A stretch of DNA of 49,876 bases, taken from a candidate division Hyd24-12 bacterium UBA5074. GTDB lineage: Bacteria > Fermentibacterota > Fermentibacteria > Fermentibacterales > Fermentibacteraceae. Numbering within the stretch: the stretch's first letter is position 1; each line of letters starts with the position of its first letter. Of this stretch, positions 18,903 through 27,171 are shown piece after piece. The notes under the pieces were generated by a model, which saw only the letters and a program-made list of their open reading frames with translations, had not been told where the DNA came from and made no database searches. The position numbers and the translations under genes were made by a program. The stretch lies in contig DIAQ01000064.1 of NCBI GenBank assembly GCA_002414865.1, forward strand, positions 31,698 to 81,573, given 5' to 3'.

Positions 18903-18908
18903 AGTATA
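18903..18908 (-). promoter_or_regulatory. -10 element of a probable leaderless yggS transcript
   Basis: TATACT 6 nt upstream of the ATG, with no Shine-Dalgarno sequence in between. Confidence 0.5.
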
Positions 18909-18961
18909 CCGCCTGTTCCGGGGCGGAGTCTGCCGTCCCGATCAGCACGGGCAGACGGGAA

Positions 18962-18989
18962 GGGGCACGGCGCCAAGGCGCCGTGCCCC
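18962..18989 (-). terminator. Strong hairpin downstream of the 19011-19817 gene (probable terminator or stabiliser)
   Basis: Perfect inverted repeat GGGGCACGGCGCC-AA-GGCGCCGTGCCCC; the U-tract is weak. Confidence 0.55.
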
Positions 18990-19010
18990 CGGAACACCCG
19001 TTATGCCTTG

Positions 19011-19817
19011 CTAGAAGATTGTCTTGATGGCTCCCCAGGTGGTTCTCTCGAGACCGGTCATGGTGCCCGAGAGTATGAAGGGGCAGCCGTAGGCGAGGCT
19101 GGTCCCGCCCATGAGCAGAGGGGCCCAGACCAGGCTGGTCCCTGTGTACTGCTGAGCGTTTCCGGTCACTCCTCCGGGAGGTGTGTTGACGACCGGAGCG
19201 TTCCACGGACCGCTGCTGCCGGTGCCGTTCATGCTCCAGCCCATCCAGTAGTTGCCTGCCGTGAGGGTGGTGGTCACGTTGCCGATGACGGCCATGATCG
19301 GCCTGGCCGTGCCGGTGCCGTACTCGCTCGAGGACACCCTGTAGCAGTTCGTCCAGGAGGCGGAGGCGAAGCGGTTGGTGGTGTAGTCTCCGTAGACGAC
19401 GACGCCGCTGGTGGGGTTGTCGCCGCTGTAGATGGTGAGGTAGCACGCGTTGATGGTGGGGTTGATTCCGGAGTTGGTCTGGTACCCGAACAGGGTGACG
19501 GAGGTGATGCTCCATGTCTGTCCGGCCGGAACCGTGAAGTCGTCCGCACAGCGGTTGGTGTTGGCCAGCTGGCAGCCGGGTCCGTAGGTCGTCTCGCTTG
19601 CGGTCATCCGGGATTCGTCGGCGCCGCCGGAACCGGTGCCCGCGCTGTTCATGTAGGGTCCGCTGCTGAACAGCTGGGCATAGGGGCCGTCCCATATCGG
19701 ACCGTCACCCGGCGTGATGCTGATGACCTCTGGCGTTGGTGTGTAAATGTCATCGACATCCTCGAAGGCAAGGGCTCCAGAGGCAAAGATCAGCAAGGAG
19801 AGCATCAAAATGCGCAT
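19011..19817 (-). CDS. Secreted Thr/Gly-rich beta-sandwich protein with C-terminal TWGxIK motif
   Basis: Sec signal (MRILMLSLLIFASGALA), CADDFTVP...TAGNYW core and C-terminus LERTTWGAIKTIF. Strong GGGGGGA RBS in an AT-rich leader. Confidence 0.85.
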   Translation of the reverse strand: MRILMLSLLIFASGALAFEDVDDIYTPTPEVISITPGDGPIWDGPYAQLFSSGPYMNSAGTGSGGADESRMTASETTYGPGCQLANTNRCADDFTVPAGQTWSITSVTLFGYQTNSGINPTINACYLTIYSGDNPTSGVVVYGDYTTNRFASASWTNCYRVSSSEYGTGTARPIMAVIGNVTTTLTAGNYWMGWSMNGTGSSGPWNAPVVNTPPGGVTGNAQQYTGTSLVWAPLLMGGTSLAYGCPFILSGTMTGLERTTWGAIKTIF

Positions 19818-19899
19818 ATATCCCCCCTTTTTGGAACTTTTCCTTGATTGAAAATGTATCCGCCGGTGGCAAATCGCAAGTGCCCGGCCCGGAGTTCCG

Positions 19900-21507
19900 T
19901 CAAGGGGATGGTTCCCGGCCCGGTGCGCCTGGCCACTCCCCGGGATCGGAGGGCAGACCGGCCAGCGCCTCCCGGTTCATGGCGAGCCCGTATCTGCGCT
20001 CCATGGCCTGCATCCAGTCGACCGCCCTGGCCTCCTCCTCCCTCTCCTGCGCGGCCTGGATCAGCCCGCTTCTCATCTCATCGAGCGAGGCTTCATGGGT
20101 GGGGAACACGCGGACGAGGCGGTACAGTACGGAGGTTCCGTCGAAGAGCTCGAACGGACCGACCCATGACAGCGTGTCGGAAGGAGCCAGCCCGAACACG
20201 GAATCGGCTCCTGCCGGAAGCTCTTCGCGCCGCAGGGGTCTGGTGGTCCTCGCAGGGGGGTCGTCTTCCGACCATTCCGGCCAGAAGCCGAGAGTGTCCG
20301 CCATGGAGTCGAAGGTCCCGGAGAGCAGCGCCGTCTTGCACTCCCTCAGCAGGGATGGGGGGACGAGGGCGACCCTGAGGCTCCTGGTCTCGGGAACTGC
20401 CGGACGCTCCGCGATCGCCATGTAGTCCATGGCTATCGTCTCCTCGCCCACCGACACACCGGACCTGACGCTGTCATCGTAGAGGAGATCCGCGGCGTAC
20501 TCCGCGGCCCTCCTCCCCGCATCGAGGCGGGCCAGGTCGTATGCCCTCGCGTGACGGGCGCTCAGATAGTCGAGCATCGCCCCCTCGACTGACATGCTGC
20601 GGGCGGTCTGCTCGACCCAGTGGGCGTCGGGGGCGAGCACGGACATCCCGCTGCCATACGTGAGCATCTCCGAGCGCATCTGCAGCGCGGTTATCGAGCC
20701 CTCGCCCGACTCCAGGAGCGTGTCTCCCGGCAGATACTCGCCGCGCCCCTGGAGCATGGCGACGAACCGCTCCACCGCGGGCGTCCGGATGGCGAGCCCT
20801 CCCCCGGACCCGGACAGGAGAGAATCGGCGATGGCTGAGATGGTCCGCGCGGTCCTGACCGTGATCATCCTGGTGCGCGCGTATTCCACGGCGGCAGCGG
20901 TGTCGCTGAGGGCCGAGGCGAGCATTTCCGGATCGGGGACGAAGACCGAGTCGAGCTTGAAGACGGTTCCTCCGGGGCCGGCCAGGACCTGTCCCGCCTC
21001 CATCGAATCGAGGTGGCAGGCGATCTCCCTCGGAAGCTCGGGAAGGTGCACCGGGCCATCGACCACCTCCCCGGGCAGGCCGGGGGCCACCGTGATCCAT
21101 ACGAGCTTGCCGAACCGGGCCAGGAAGTAGTCGATGTCGTCCTGTGCCAGCAGCGAGTCGTTCCTGCGGGCGAGTGAATCCTGCATCCACATCTGGGCGT
21201 CCCGCCTCATCCACGCATCTCTGAAGGCCAGTGTGCCGGGAGCGTCGGAGTACCCCAGACGGGCGGTCTCGAGCAAGACCATACGGTTGCGCGCCAAGGC
21301 GGTGACAAAGGCGCCGACCGGGTCGTCGAGGGACAGGTACTGCCCGCGCTCCGAGGGATCGAGCCCGCTCCAGGCTGCAGCGGCCCCGGCGACCGTCATG
21401 GTGTCCCCGTTCAGGATGAACAGCCACTCGTCACCGGCGGGAGCGGTCTCGACACCGTTCGACAGAGCGAGCGAGCAGACCGAAAGCAGGCAGGCCATCG
21501 ATGCCAT
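19900..21507 (-). CDS. Exported protein, distant SurA/PpiC (peptidyl-prolyl isomerase/chaperone)-like
   Basis: Signal-like N-terminus and helical repeats. The C-terminal PETRSLRVALV...SWVGPFE...SLDEMRSGL pattern resembles degenerate parvulin-type foldases. Confidence 0.5.
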   Translation of the reverse strand: MASMACLLSVCSLALSNGVETAPAGDEWLFILNGDTMTVAGAAAAWSGLDPSERGQYLSLDDPVGAFVTALARNRMVLLETARLGYSDAPGTLAFRDAWMRRDAQMWMQDSLARRNDSLLAQDDIDYFLARFGKLVWITVAPGLPGEVVDGPVHLPELPREIACHLDSMEAGQVLAGPGGTVFKLDSVFVPDPEMLASALSDTAAAVEYARTRMITVRTARTISAIADSLLSGSGGGLAIRTPAVERFVAMLQGRGEYLPGDTLLESGEGSITALQMRSEMLTYGSGMSVLAPDAHWVEQTARSMSVEGAMLDYLSARHARAYDLARLDAGRRAAEYAADLLYDDSVRSGVSVGEETIAMDYMAIAERPAVPETRSLRVALVPPSLLRECKTALLSGTFDSMADTLGFWPEWSEDDPPARTTRPLRREELPAGADSVFGLAPSDTLSWVGPFELFDGTSVLYRLVRVFPTHEASLDEMRSGLIQAAQEREEEARAVDWMQAMERRYGLAMNREALAGLPSDPGEWPGAPGREPSP

Positions 21508-21552
21508 CTGCGTCCCGGCACTCCTTCCGGCAGAGGTCCCCGGCGCCGTGGT

Positions 21553-22326
21553 CTAGCCCGCGGCAAACCCCGTGAGTGCCGCCCCCAGGGCCCCTGTGAT
21601 CTGCGGCTCCGGAGGCACGAGGACCGGAAGTCCGATCTCGTCCTCCATCGCCTTCACGACCCCTCTGTTCAGCGCCACTCCACCCGTGAAGACGACATCC
21701 GAGTGCAGGCGGGCCCGGCCGGACATGGTCACGGTCCTTCGGGCCACGGCCCGGAACACCCCGTTGAGAATCGCCGGTATCGGCGAGCCGGATTGGAGCA
21801 GGCCCACGATCTCGCTCTCGGCGAACACCGCGCACATCGAGGAGATCTCCACGGACTCGTCCCGGCCCTCCACGGCCTCGCCCATCCTGTCCACCGGGAT
21901 GCCGACGATCTGCCCGGTGAGCTCGATGAAGCGGCCCGTGCCTGCCGCGCAGCGGTCATTCATCGCGAAGTCGACCGTGCGGCCGTTGCCGTCAAGCTCG
22001 ATCAGCTTGGAGTCCTGCCCCCCGATGTCGATTATCGAGCGGGCCCTGGGAAACAGGAACCAGACCCCCCTGGCGTGGCAGAGGATCTCGGAAACCGCCT
22101 TGTCGGCCTGTTTGAAGTAGTTGCGGCCATACCCCGTGGCTGTGACGCAGGAGATATCCGCCCTGCGCACCTCGGCCTGCGAGAGCACCCTCGCGAAGAG
22201 GTCCTCGGCCGCCTCGGTCGGGCGTGAGCCGGTATCCGCGACTCCCCATTCGAGCACCTGCGCACCGTCGCTGAGGACGACCTCGATCGAGCGCGCACCG
22301 ATGTCGACTCCGCACGCTATCTTCAT
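21553..22326 (-). CDS. ATP-dependent [4Fe-4S] activase (HgdC/BadF-BadG-BcrA-BcrD family)
   Basis: GVDIG, ATGYGR, SEILCHARG, IDIGGQDSK, MNDRCAAGTGRF, SSMCAVFAESE, FTGGVA, GALGAAL. ATGA overlap with the upstream gene. Confidence 0.95.
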   Translation of the reverse strand: MKIACGVDIGARSIEVVLSDGAQVLEWGVADTGSRPTEAAEDLFARVLSQAEVRRADISCVTATGYGRNYFKQADKAVSEILCHARGVWFLFPRARSIIDIGGQDSKLIELDGNGRTVDFAMNDRCAAGTGRFIELTGQIVGIPVDRMGEAVEGRDESVEISSMCAVFAESEIVGLLQSGSPIPAILNGVFRAVARRTVTMSGRARLHSDVVFTGGVALNRGVVKAMEDEIGLPVLVPPEPQITGALGAALTGFAAG

Positions 22327-24929
22327 CGCGACATCTCCAGGAGCGTCTGGATCCTCACCCGCAGGCGCTCCCTGTCCGAGTCGGAGTAGTCCGTCTCCAG
22401 CTTCAGGAACGGCAGCCCGAGCTTCTCCCGGACATGCTTCTCCACGGACCAGGACTCGATGTTGTAGGTGTGGCACGCCTGCCACACGAGGTCTATCACG
22501 GCCGCAGGCCTGAACCTGTCCGAAAGGCGGGTGAGCAGGTCGAACCTCCCCGGATTCGGCGTGAGGCAGGAGCATGGTATGGAGAAGTGCTTCCGCGCAA
22601 TGGCCTCCACGGGGTCACCCTCCTCCGACGTCAGGGTGTCCAGGGGTTTCCATCCCGAGCAGGCCTCCTGAACCACCACCGTTCCGCCGCATTCCTCCAC
22701 CAGCTCCGCCACCTTCAGCGTGCCGGGGGCCGTCGGGACTCCGGTGAGGAGCACCCTGACGGCATCCTTGGAGACGGGGCCGTCACCCCTGGCCGCCCTG
22801 TCCTTCGCAGCTTCGATGAACACGCGCAGCATCCTCAGGTTTGCCGGGTTCCCCGCGACCCGGTAGCGCAGGTTCCCCAGCTCCACCCCGGTCGCGAGCG
22901 GCGGATCCGAGGCACCCAGCTCGAAGGCCTCCCTCAGCAGCAGCCTTTCACTGTTCATGGCCCTGATGGCGGATCCGAGGTCGTCGTCCGATATCTCCCT
23001 GCCGTAGAACGAGGCCAGGTGATCCCTGAGCTTGGACACCTCGGAGACCCAGTGGCGGAAGGCTTCCTCCTGGTCGGACTTCTGGGTCAGCTCGAGGATG
23101 TGCTGGGGTCTGTACTCCTGCAGCAGCTCGTACATCTTCTTCTTGCCGTCGCAGGTGGTCTCGGCGACTATCATGTCGGAGAGGCCGAAGAACGGGCAGC
23201 GATTGCTGATGATGTAGCCGAATGACGATTTTATCAGCGGGCAGAGGTTCGAGGGCAGCACCGTCTCGGCCGCGGGTATCGTCCGGCGGCTGGCTCCGCA
23301 GAGGCAGACCGGCAGGGCTCCTGCAGCAAGTATGACCTCCCTGGGCGTGTACTCGCAGTATATCCCGACGACGCCCCTCCCCGCCTTCTTGAAGGACCTT
23401 ACGGCGTCGATCTCGTGCGACATGGAATCACCGAAGTAGTCGAACGGGCTCACCGGTGATGCAGGAGCCACGGCCTGCGAAGGCGCCCTGACGAACACCG
23501 ATGGCGCCCTCCTGCTCCGGAGCAGGTCGGTGAAGCTCTCCATCCGGTTCATCACCTGCTCGGAGACGCGGCCCGGAGAGAAGGGGACGTCGAAGGTGAG
23601 CACCGGAATCCCCAGCTCCTTCTCGACCTTCTCCGCCAGGAGCGGCTCTTCGTGGGGGCAGTGGCTCGCGCCGGAGATCCCGGTGAAGATGATCCCCTCC
23701 GCGCCGAACCTTCGCGCATCCCTGATGACCCGGTCGATCCTGGCCGAGGGTCTCCCTGCCATGAGGTCGTCCATGCAGTTCTCCGCGACGGCGGAGACCG
23801 GACTCCTGTCCGTGGCGAGAGGCAGGAACGAATGCGTGATCATGTACTCGGTGCCGGCAACGCACCCTCCGAGATCCTCGAGGAGCGTCACGAGCGACGC
23901 GTCGGTCGGTGGCATGACCCAGAACACCCTGAGCGGGTCGGGACCGAGAGGCGAGATGCCCTTCTCGAGCCGGCCCCTGGCGAGCCCGGTCAGGTCGTCC
24001 AGGACTCCGAAGCTCTCCTCGGGCTCGGAGCAGGCATGGATGGCGATGAACTCGGCGAGGTACATCTCCAGACCGGGCAGGGGCGGACGCCTTGCGCTGT
24101 AGACCAGATCCCGGAGATCCCTGACACGGCCGCGCAGCCCGTTGAAGATGTCCCTGCTGCGGACAAGCTCGGCTTCGCTCACCTTGTGGCCGGTGACATC
24201 CTCCACCGCGGAGATCACCCCTCCGAGCTGCCCCTCGAGGAATCCCAGGGCGGACTCCTGATACCTCATGCCACCCTGCGAGGTCTCGATATACCTCTCG
24301 GTCGGCGAGCAGGCCGGGTCGTCGAGCCTCGACAGCATCTCCCACCAGTGCACCTTCCGGCCCTGGCGCTCGATGAGCTGCATCACGGCGGAGAAGTCGT
24401 CACAGCAGGCGCCGGCTCCGGCGACGCAGAGGTCGGGCTCAGGGAAGTAATCCAGGGTGGTCATGGCGCCGAGGGCGGCCCGCACGTAGCACAGCTCCTC
24501 GGTCGCCCCGAGCCGCGAAGCCTCCTCCAGCAGGTGGGGCTCCTCGGCGAAGCACGGCGCCCACCACAGCTCGTCGGCATAGAAGGTCAGGGTCTCGGGG
24601 AATGCATAGGTGAGGACCGGCACCAGGCCCAGGTCCTTCATCGCCGCTATTATCTTCCACCCATGGCGCTTGGCCAGGAAGAGCCTGTCCTTCTCGCTGA
24701 AGAGGAACGCCCAGAGGCGCAGGGCCGCCAGCGAGTCGTCGAACTTCAGCCTGGAGAGCAGGCTGTCACCCCGGCAGGAGTACTCGTGGGGGCTGAAGAG
24801 GTAGGGCACCCCTCCGGGCACCACCGATCTGAGGAACCTGCAACGGGCCTCGTACTCTGCGGGCACCTCGGGCATCAGGCGCTCCCAGTCGAGCGCGCCT
24901 ATCCGCTCCCCCCGGCCCTCCGGGTTCAT
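22323..24929 (-). CDS. Two-module 2-hydroxyacyl-CoA dehydratase-family Fe-S protein; C-terminal module YjiM/double-cubane cluster protein-like
   Basis: Real start MNPEGRG at 24929 (ATGA overlap). N-module: ELCYVRA, GACCDDF, SHCPHE. C-module: GIYCEY..CLCG..NLCPLIKSSFGY..CPFF..ETTCDGKKKMYE..EACSG..CSC..ACHTYNIE..ETDYS. Confidence 0.88.
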   Translation of the reverse strand: MNPEGRGERIGALDWERLMPEVPAEYEARCRFLRSVVPGGVPYLFSPHEYSCRGDSLLSRLKFDDSLAALRLWAFLFSEKDRLFLAKRHGWKIIAAMKDLGLVPVLTYAFPETLTFYADELWWAPCFAEEPHLLEEASRLGATEELCYVRAALGAMTTLDYFPEPDLCVAGAGACCDDFSAVMQLIERQGRKVHWWEMLSRLDDPACSPTERYIETSQGGMRYQESALGFLEGQLGGVISAVEDVTGHKVSEAELVRSRDIFNGLRGRVRDLRDLVYSARRPPLPGLEMYLAEFIAIHACSEPEESFGVLDDLTGLARGRLEKGISPLGPDPLRVFWVMPPTDASLVTLLEDLGGCVAGTEYMITHSFLPLATDRSPVSAVAENCMDDLMAGRPSARIDRVIRDARRFGAEGIIFTGISGASHCPHEEPLLAEKVEKELGIPVLTFDVPFSPGRVSEQVMNRMESFTDLLRSRRAPSVFVRAPSQAVAPASPVSPFDYFGDSMSHEIDAVRSFKKAGRGVVGIYCEYTPREVILAAGALPVCLCGASRRTIPAAETVLPSNLCPLIKSSFGYIISNRCPFFGLSDMIVAETTCDGKKKMYELLQEYRPQHILELTQKSDQEEAFRHWVSEVSKLRDHLASFYGREISDDDLGSAIRAMNSERLLLREAFELGASDPPLATGVELGNLRYRVAGNPANLRMLRVFIEAAKDRAARGDGPVSKDAVRVLLTGVPTAPGTLKVAELVEECGGTVVVQEACSGWKPLDTLTSEEGDPVEAIARKHFSIPCSCLTPNPGRFDLLTRLSDRFRPAAVIDLVWQACHTYNIESWSVEKHVREKLGLPFLKLETDYSDSDRERLRVRIQTLLEMSR

Positions 24930-26005
24930 GCCAGGGCCTCCAGGAAGGCCTCTATGCGCGTCCGCACCCTCTCCTCCTCCCCCGATCCCCCGGTGGTGTC
25001 GAGCACCAGCACGGGCACGGGCAGCAGTGTCCTCAGCCGTTCCTTCTGTGTGAACCACAGGTCGCAGAACTTCTGGGTCTTCAGGATCACCCCGCGGACC
25101 CCCGAAGCCTCGATGTCGGCGAGTATGCGCTCCGTCATGCAGTCGTCCGGACGGCACCTGGCGCAGGCCATCCTCCCGAACGATGCCGCTGCGAGCTCTG
25201 CAGGGCCGGACGGGACCGGGCCTCCGTCCAGCCTCACGGGAACCATGCAGTTCGAATAGACAAGGCCCGCACCCAGGTTCTCGAGCGCCGCGGGGACCAG
25301 GTCGTCCTCGACCGCTTCGGGGCATCCGATCATCGCGACCTTGATCTCCGGCTCGTGGCGGGGCTCCCGCTCGATCATCGAGGTCGCCAGCGCCGCCACG
25401 GAATCCGGGGTGGCCACCAGCGAGAGGTCGAGGATGCAGTGAAGCTCGAGGGGGCTGAGCGAGCACGAGATGTTGAGCCGGGACAGGAGCGAGGCCGCCC
25501 TGCGCCGCCCTGTCTCCCAGGCCAGAGCCCTCCCCGGATCGTAGCCGGCTGAGAGGCCCGATGCTACGATGTCTGCCACCAGCCTTGCCATCTGCGATGC
25601 AAAGAATTCCTCCGAGGCCTGCGTCCGGGTTGCCGGGACCTGGAGCGCGAAGACCCGCGCACCGGTCCTCCCCGGCAGCTCCTGGAAGAGCCTTCGGGTC
25701 TGGTCGCAGGTGAAGAGACCTGCCCAGACATCGACCATCGACGGGAGCCCGGTCCCGGAGCAGAGGGCTGAGAGGAGGGATCCTGTGAGCGGGCATATGT
25801 CCGGCCTCACCGGGATCGCCCCCTGGGGAGGAAAGCTCAGGACCCTGACCGGCCTCATGCCAAGGCCGGCGGCCACGGATTCGGGGAAGGCCGAGCAGAG
25901 GTATCCGAGGATCTTCCCCCCCGACTTCCTGAACTCCACTATCCTCGCCATCTCTGCGGCGGCGGTGTCCTGGCAGCACTTCCTCACCGGGCTCCCCATG
26001 GCCAC
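24926..26005 (-). CDS. 2-hydroxyacyl-CoA dehydratase (HgdB/FldC) family subunit
   Basis: GYLCSAFPE, DICPL, FTCDQ, CARCRP, KFCDLW, RTRIEAFLE. Confidence 0.85.
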   Translation of the reverse strand: MAMGSPVRKCCQDTAAAEMARIVEFRKSGGKILGYLCSAFPESVAAGLGMRPVRVLSFPPQGAIPVRPDICPLTGSLLSALCSGTGLPSMVDVWAGLFTCDQTRRLFQELPGRTGARVFALQVPATRTQASEEFFASQMARLVADIVASGLSAGYDPGRALAWETGRRRAASLLSRLNISCSLSPLELHCILDLSLVATPDSVAALATSMIEREPRHEPEIKVAMIGCPEAVEDDLVPAALENLGAGLVYSNCMVPVRLDGGPVPSGPAELAAASFGRMACARCRPDDCMTERILADIEASGVRGVILKTQKFCDLWFTQKERLRTLLPVPVLVLDTTGGSGEEERVRTRIEAFLEALA

Positions 26006-26009
26006 TCCG

Positions 26010-26804
26010 CTACTCCTTCACGCCTACGATGCGGCATCTCCCGAAGCCACCCCGGTGTGCGACTTCGGAGATGAACATCATCTCCCCGCCCAGCGAGGCG
26101 AACAGCTCTTCGTTCCAGCCGATTATCCTCAGCGCGTCAAAGGTCAGCTGCTCGGTCAGCATCCGGATGTAGAGGTCGACAGACCCGGCGAAATGCGGCG
26201 TCAGGTCCTCCGACGAGCTTATCGAGAAGCCGTTCGATTTCAGCAGTCCCTCGTATGCCTCACGGGTGAGGACGTCCGGGAACTTCATGAAGCCGCAGAT
26301 CCTCCCGGCTGTCTGCGGGTCCATGCCCGCAGGGCCCTCCACCCAGTCGCTGAAGGCGATCCTGCCTCCCGGGACCAGGACCCGGGCCGCCTCGGAGATC
26401 AGCTTCGCCTTGTCCTCGACGTAGCACCAGGCGTCTTCGCCCCAGACCACGTCGAAGGAGCGATCAGGCCAGGGGACGGCGCTGGCGTCACCGGTCCTGT
26501 ATTCGATCGAGAGACCGTCCTCCTCCGTCCGCTTCACGGCTTCGGCGATCATGTGGGGTGTCCCGTCGAGGCCGAAGCCCGTCACTCCGTAGCTCCTGAC
26601 AAGGAACCTGAGCCCGGCTCCGAGGGCCGAGCAAATGTCGAGAACCCTCTGGCCCGCGGCGATCCCGGCCTTCCCGGCGAGGATCCTGGACTGGGCCATG
26701 CCTCCGATATGAATCTGCTCGCCCATCACGAGTTCCCAGAGCTTTCCCTCCGGCCCGGAGTAGACCCCCTGGACGTCCTTCAGCGAATGTCCAAAGCGAT
26801 TCAT
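26010..26804 (-). CDS. Class I SAM-dependent methyltransferase
   Basis: IHIGG, VLDICSALGAG, SFDVVWGEDAWCY, RVLVPGGRIAFSDW; resembles N-methyltransferase-type Methyltransf_11 proteins. Confidence 0.9.
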   Translation of the reverse strand: MNRFGHSLKDVQGVYSGPEGKLWELVMGEQIHIGGMAQSRILAGKAGIAAGQRVLDICSALGAGLRFLVRSYGVTGFGLDGTPHMIAEAVKRTEEDGLSIEYRTGDASAVPWPDRSFDVVWGEDAWCYVEDKAKLISEAARVLVPGGRIAFSDWVEGPAGMDPQTAGRICGFMKFPDVLTREAYEGLLKSNGFSISSSEDLTPHFAGSVDLYIRMLTEQLTFDALRIIGWNEELFASLGGEMMFISEVAHRGGFGRCRIVGVKE

Positions 26805-27073
26805 CCCTCACTCCCGTCCCGCCATCCGGCGCATGGACCGGCAACCGCGCCTCCACCCTGGAGGTGCCGTCGCTGCCGATGACGCTCACTTGGCAGGCTG
26901 GACCGCCGGCCCGGACCGCTCGGCCCGGGCGGGGCCGATCAGGCCTGGCCCGGGGAGGAGGTCCGGAAGACCACCGGGGAACCCGCACGGGGCTCCCAGG
27001 CTTGCGGTCAAACCTGCATCCTCTTCCAGAGAATGCCGTTCAACGCGACTCCCTTCCGCCGTCATGTGACGGC
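26805..27073 (-). promoter_or_regulatory. Long structured 5' leader (candidate cis-regulatory RNA)
   Basis: Lies between the promoter at 27080-27108 and the methyltransferase ATG. A 14-bp stem (27004-27017 with 26893-26906) encloses several hairpins. It matches no riboswitch consensus I recognise. Confidence 0.4.
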
Positions 27074-27079
27074 GCGCAT

Positions 27080-27108
27080 ATGGTAATCGCTGACCGCCCG
27101 GAGCGCAA
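27080..27108 (-). promoter_or_regulatory. Putative sigma70 promoter of the methyltransferase-dehydratase operon
   Basis: Minus strand TTGCGC-N17-TACCAT. Confidence 0.55.
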
Positions 27109-27122
27109 CTCCGCCGCCGCTC

Positions 27123-27151
27123 TTGAACACCGGCCCTCCCGCGAGTACAAT
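27123..27151 (+). promoter_or_regulatory. Putative sigma70 promoter of comM
   Basis: TTGAAC-N17-TACAAT followed by a GGAGG-rich RBS. Confidence 0.7.
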
Positions 27152-27171
27152 GGAGGAGGGAGGTGATGCCG

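Noticed and set aside
22323-25979. 1218-aa ORF suggesting a three-module fusion
   Set aside because: The first ~350 aa is an out-of-frame overlap of the 24926-26005 gene; the real start is the ATGA-coupled ATG at 24929.
26955-26985. AGGTCCGGAAG and CCACCGGGGAAC resembling SRP RNA helix 8 or a ZTP riboswitch
   Set aside because: The required flanking motifs (GGAAGCAG for SRP; GTGACTGGC and the 3' GCCTGGGC pseudoknot for ZTP) are missing.
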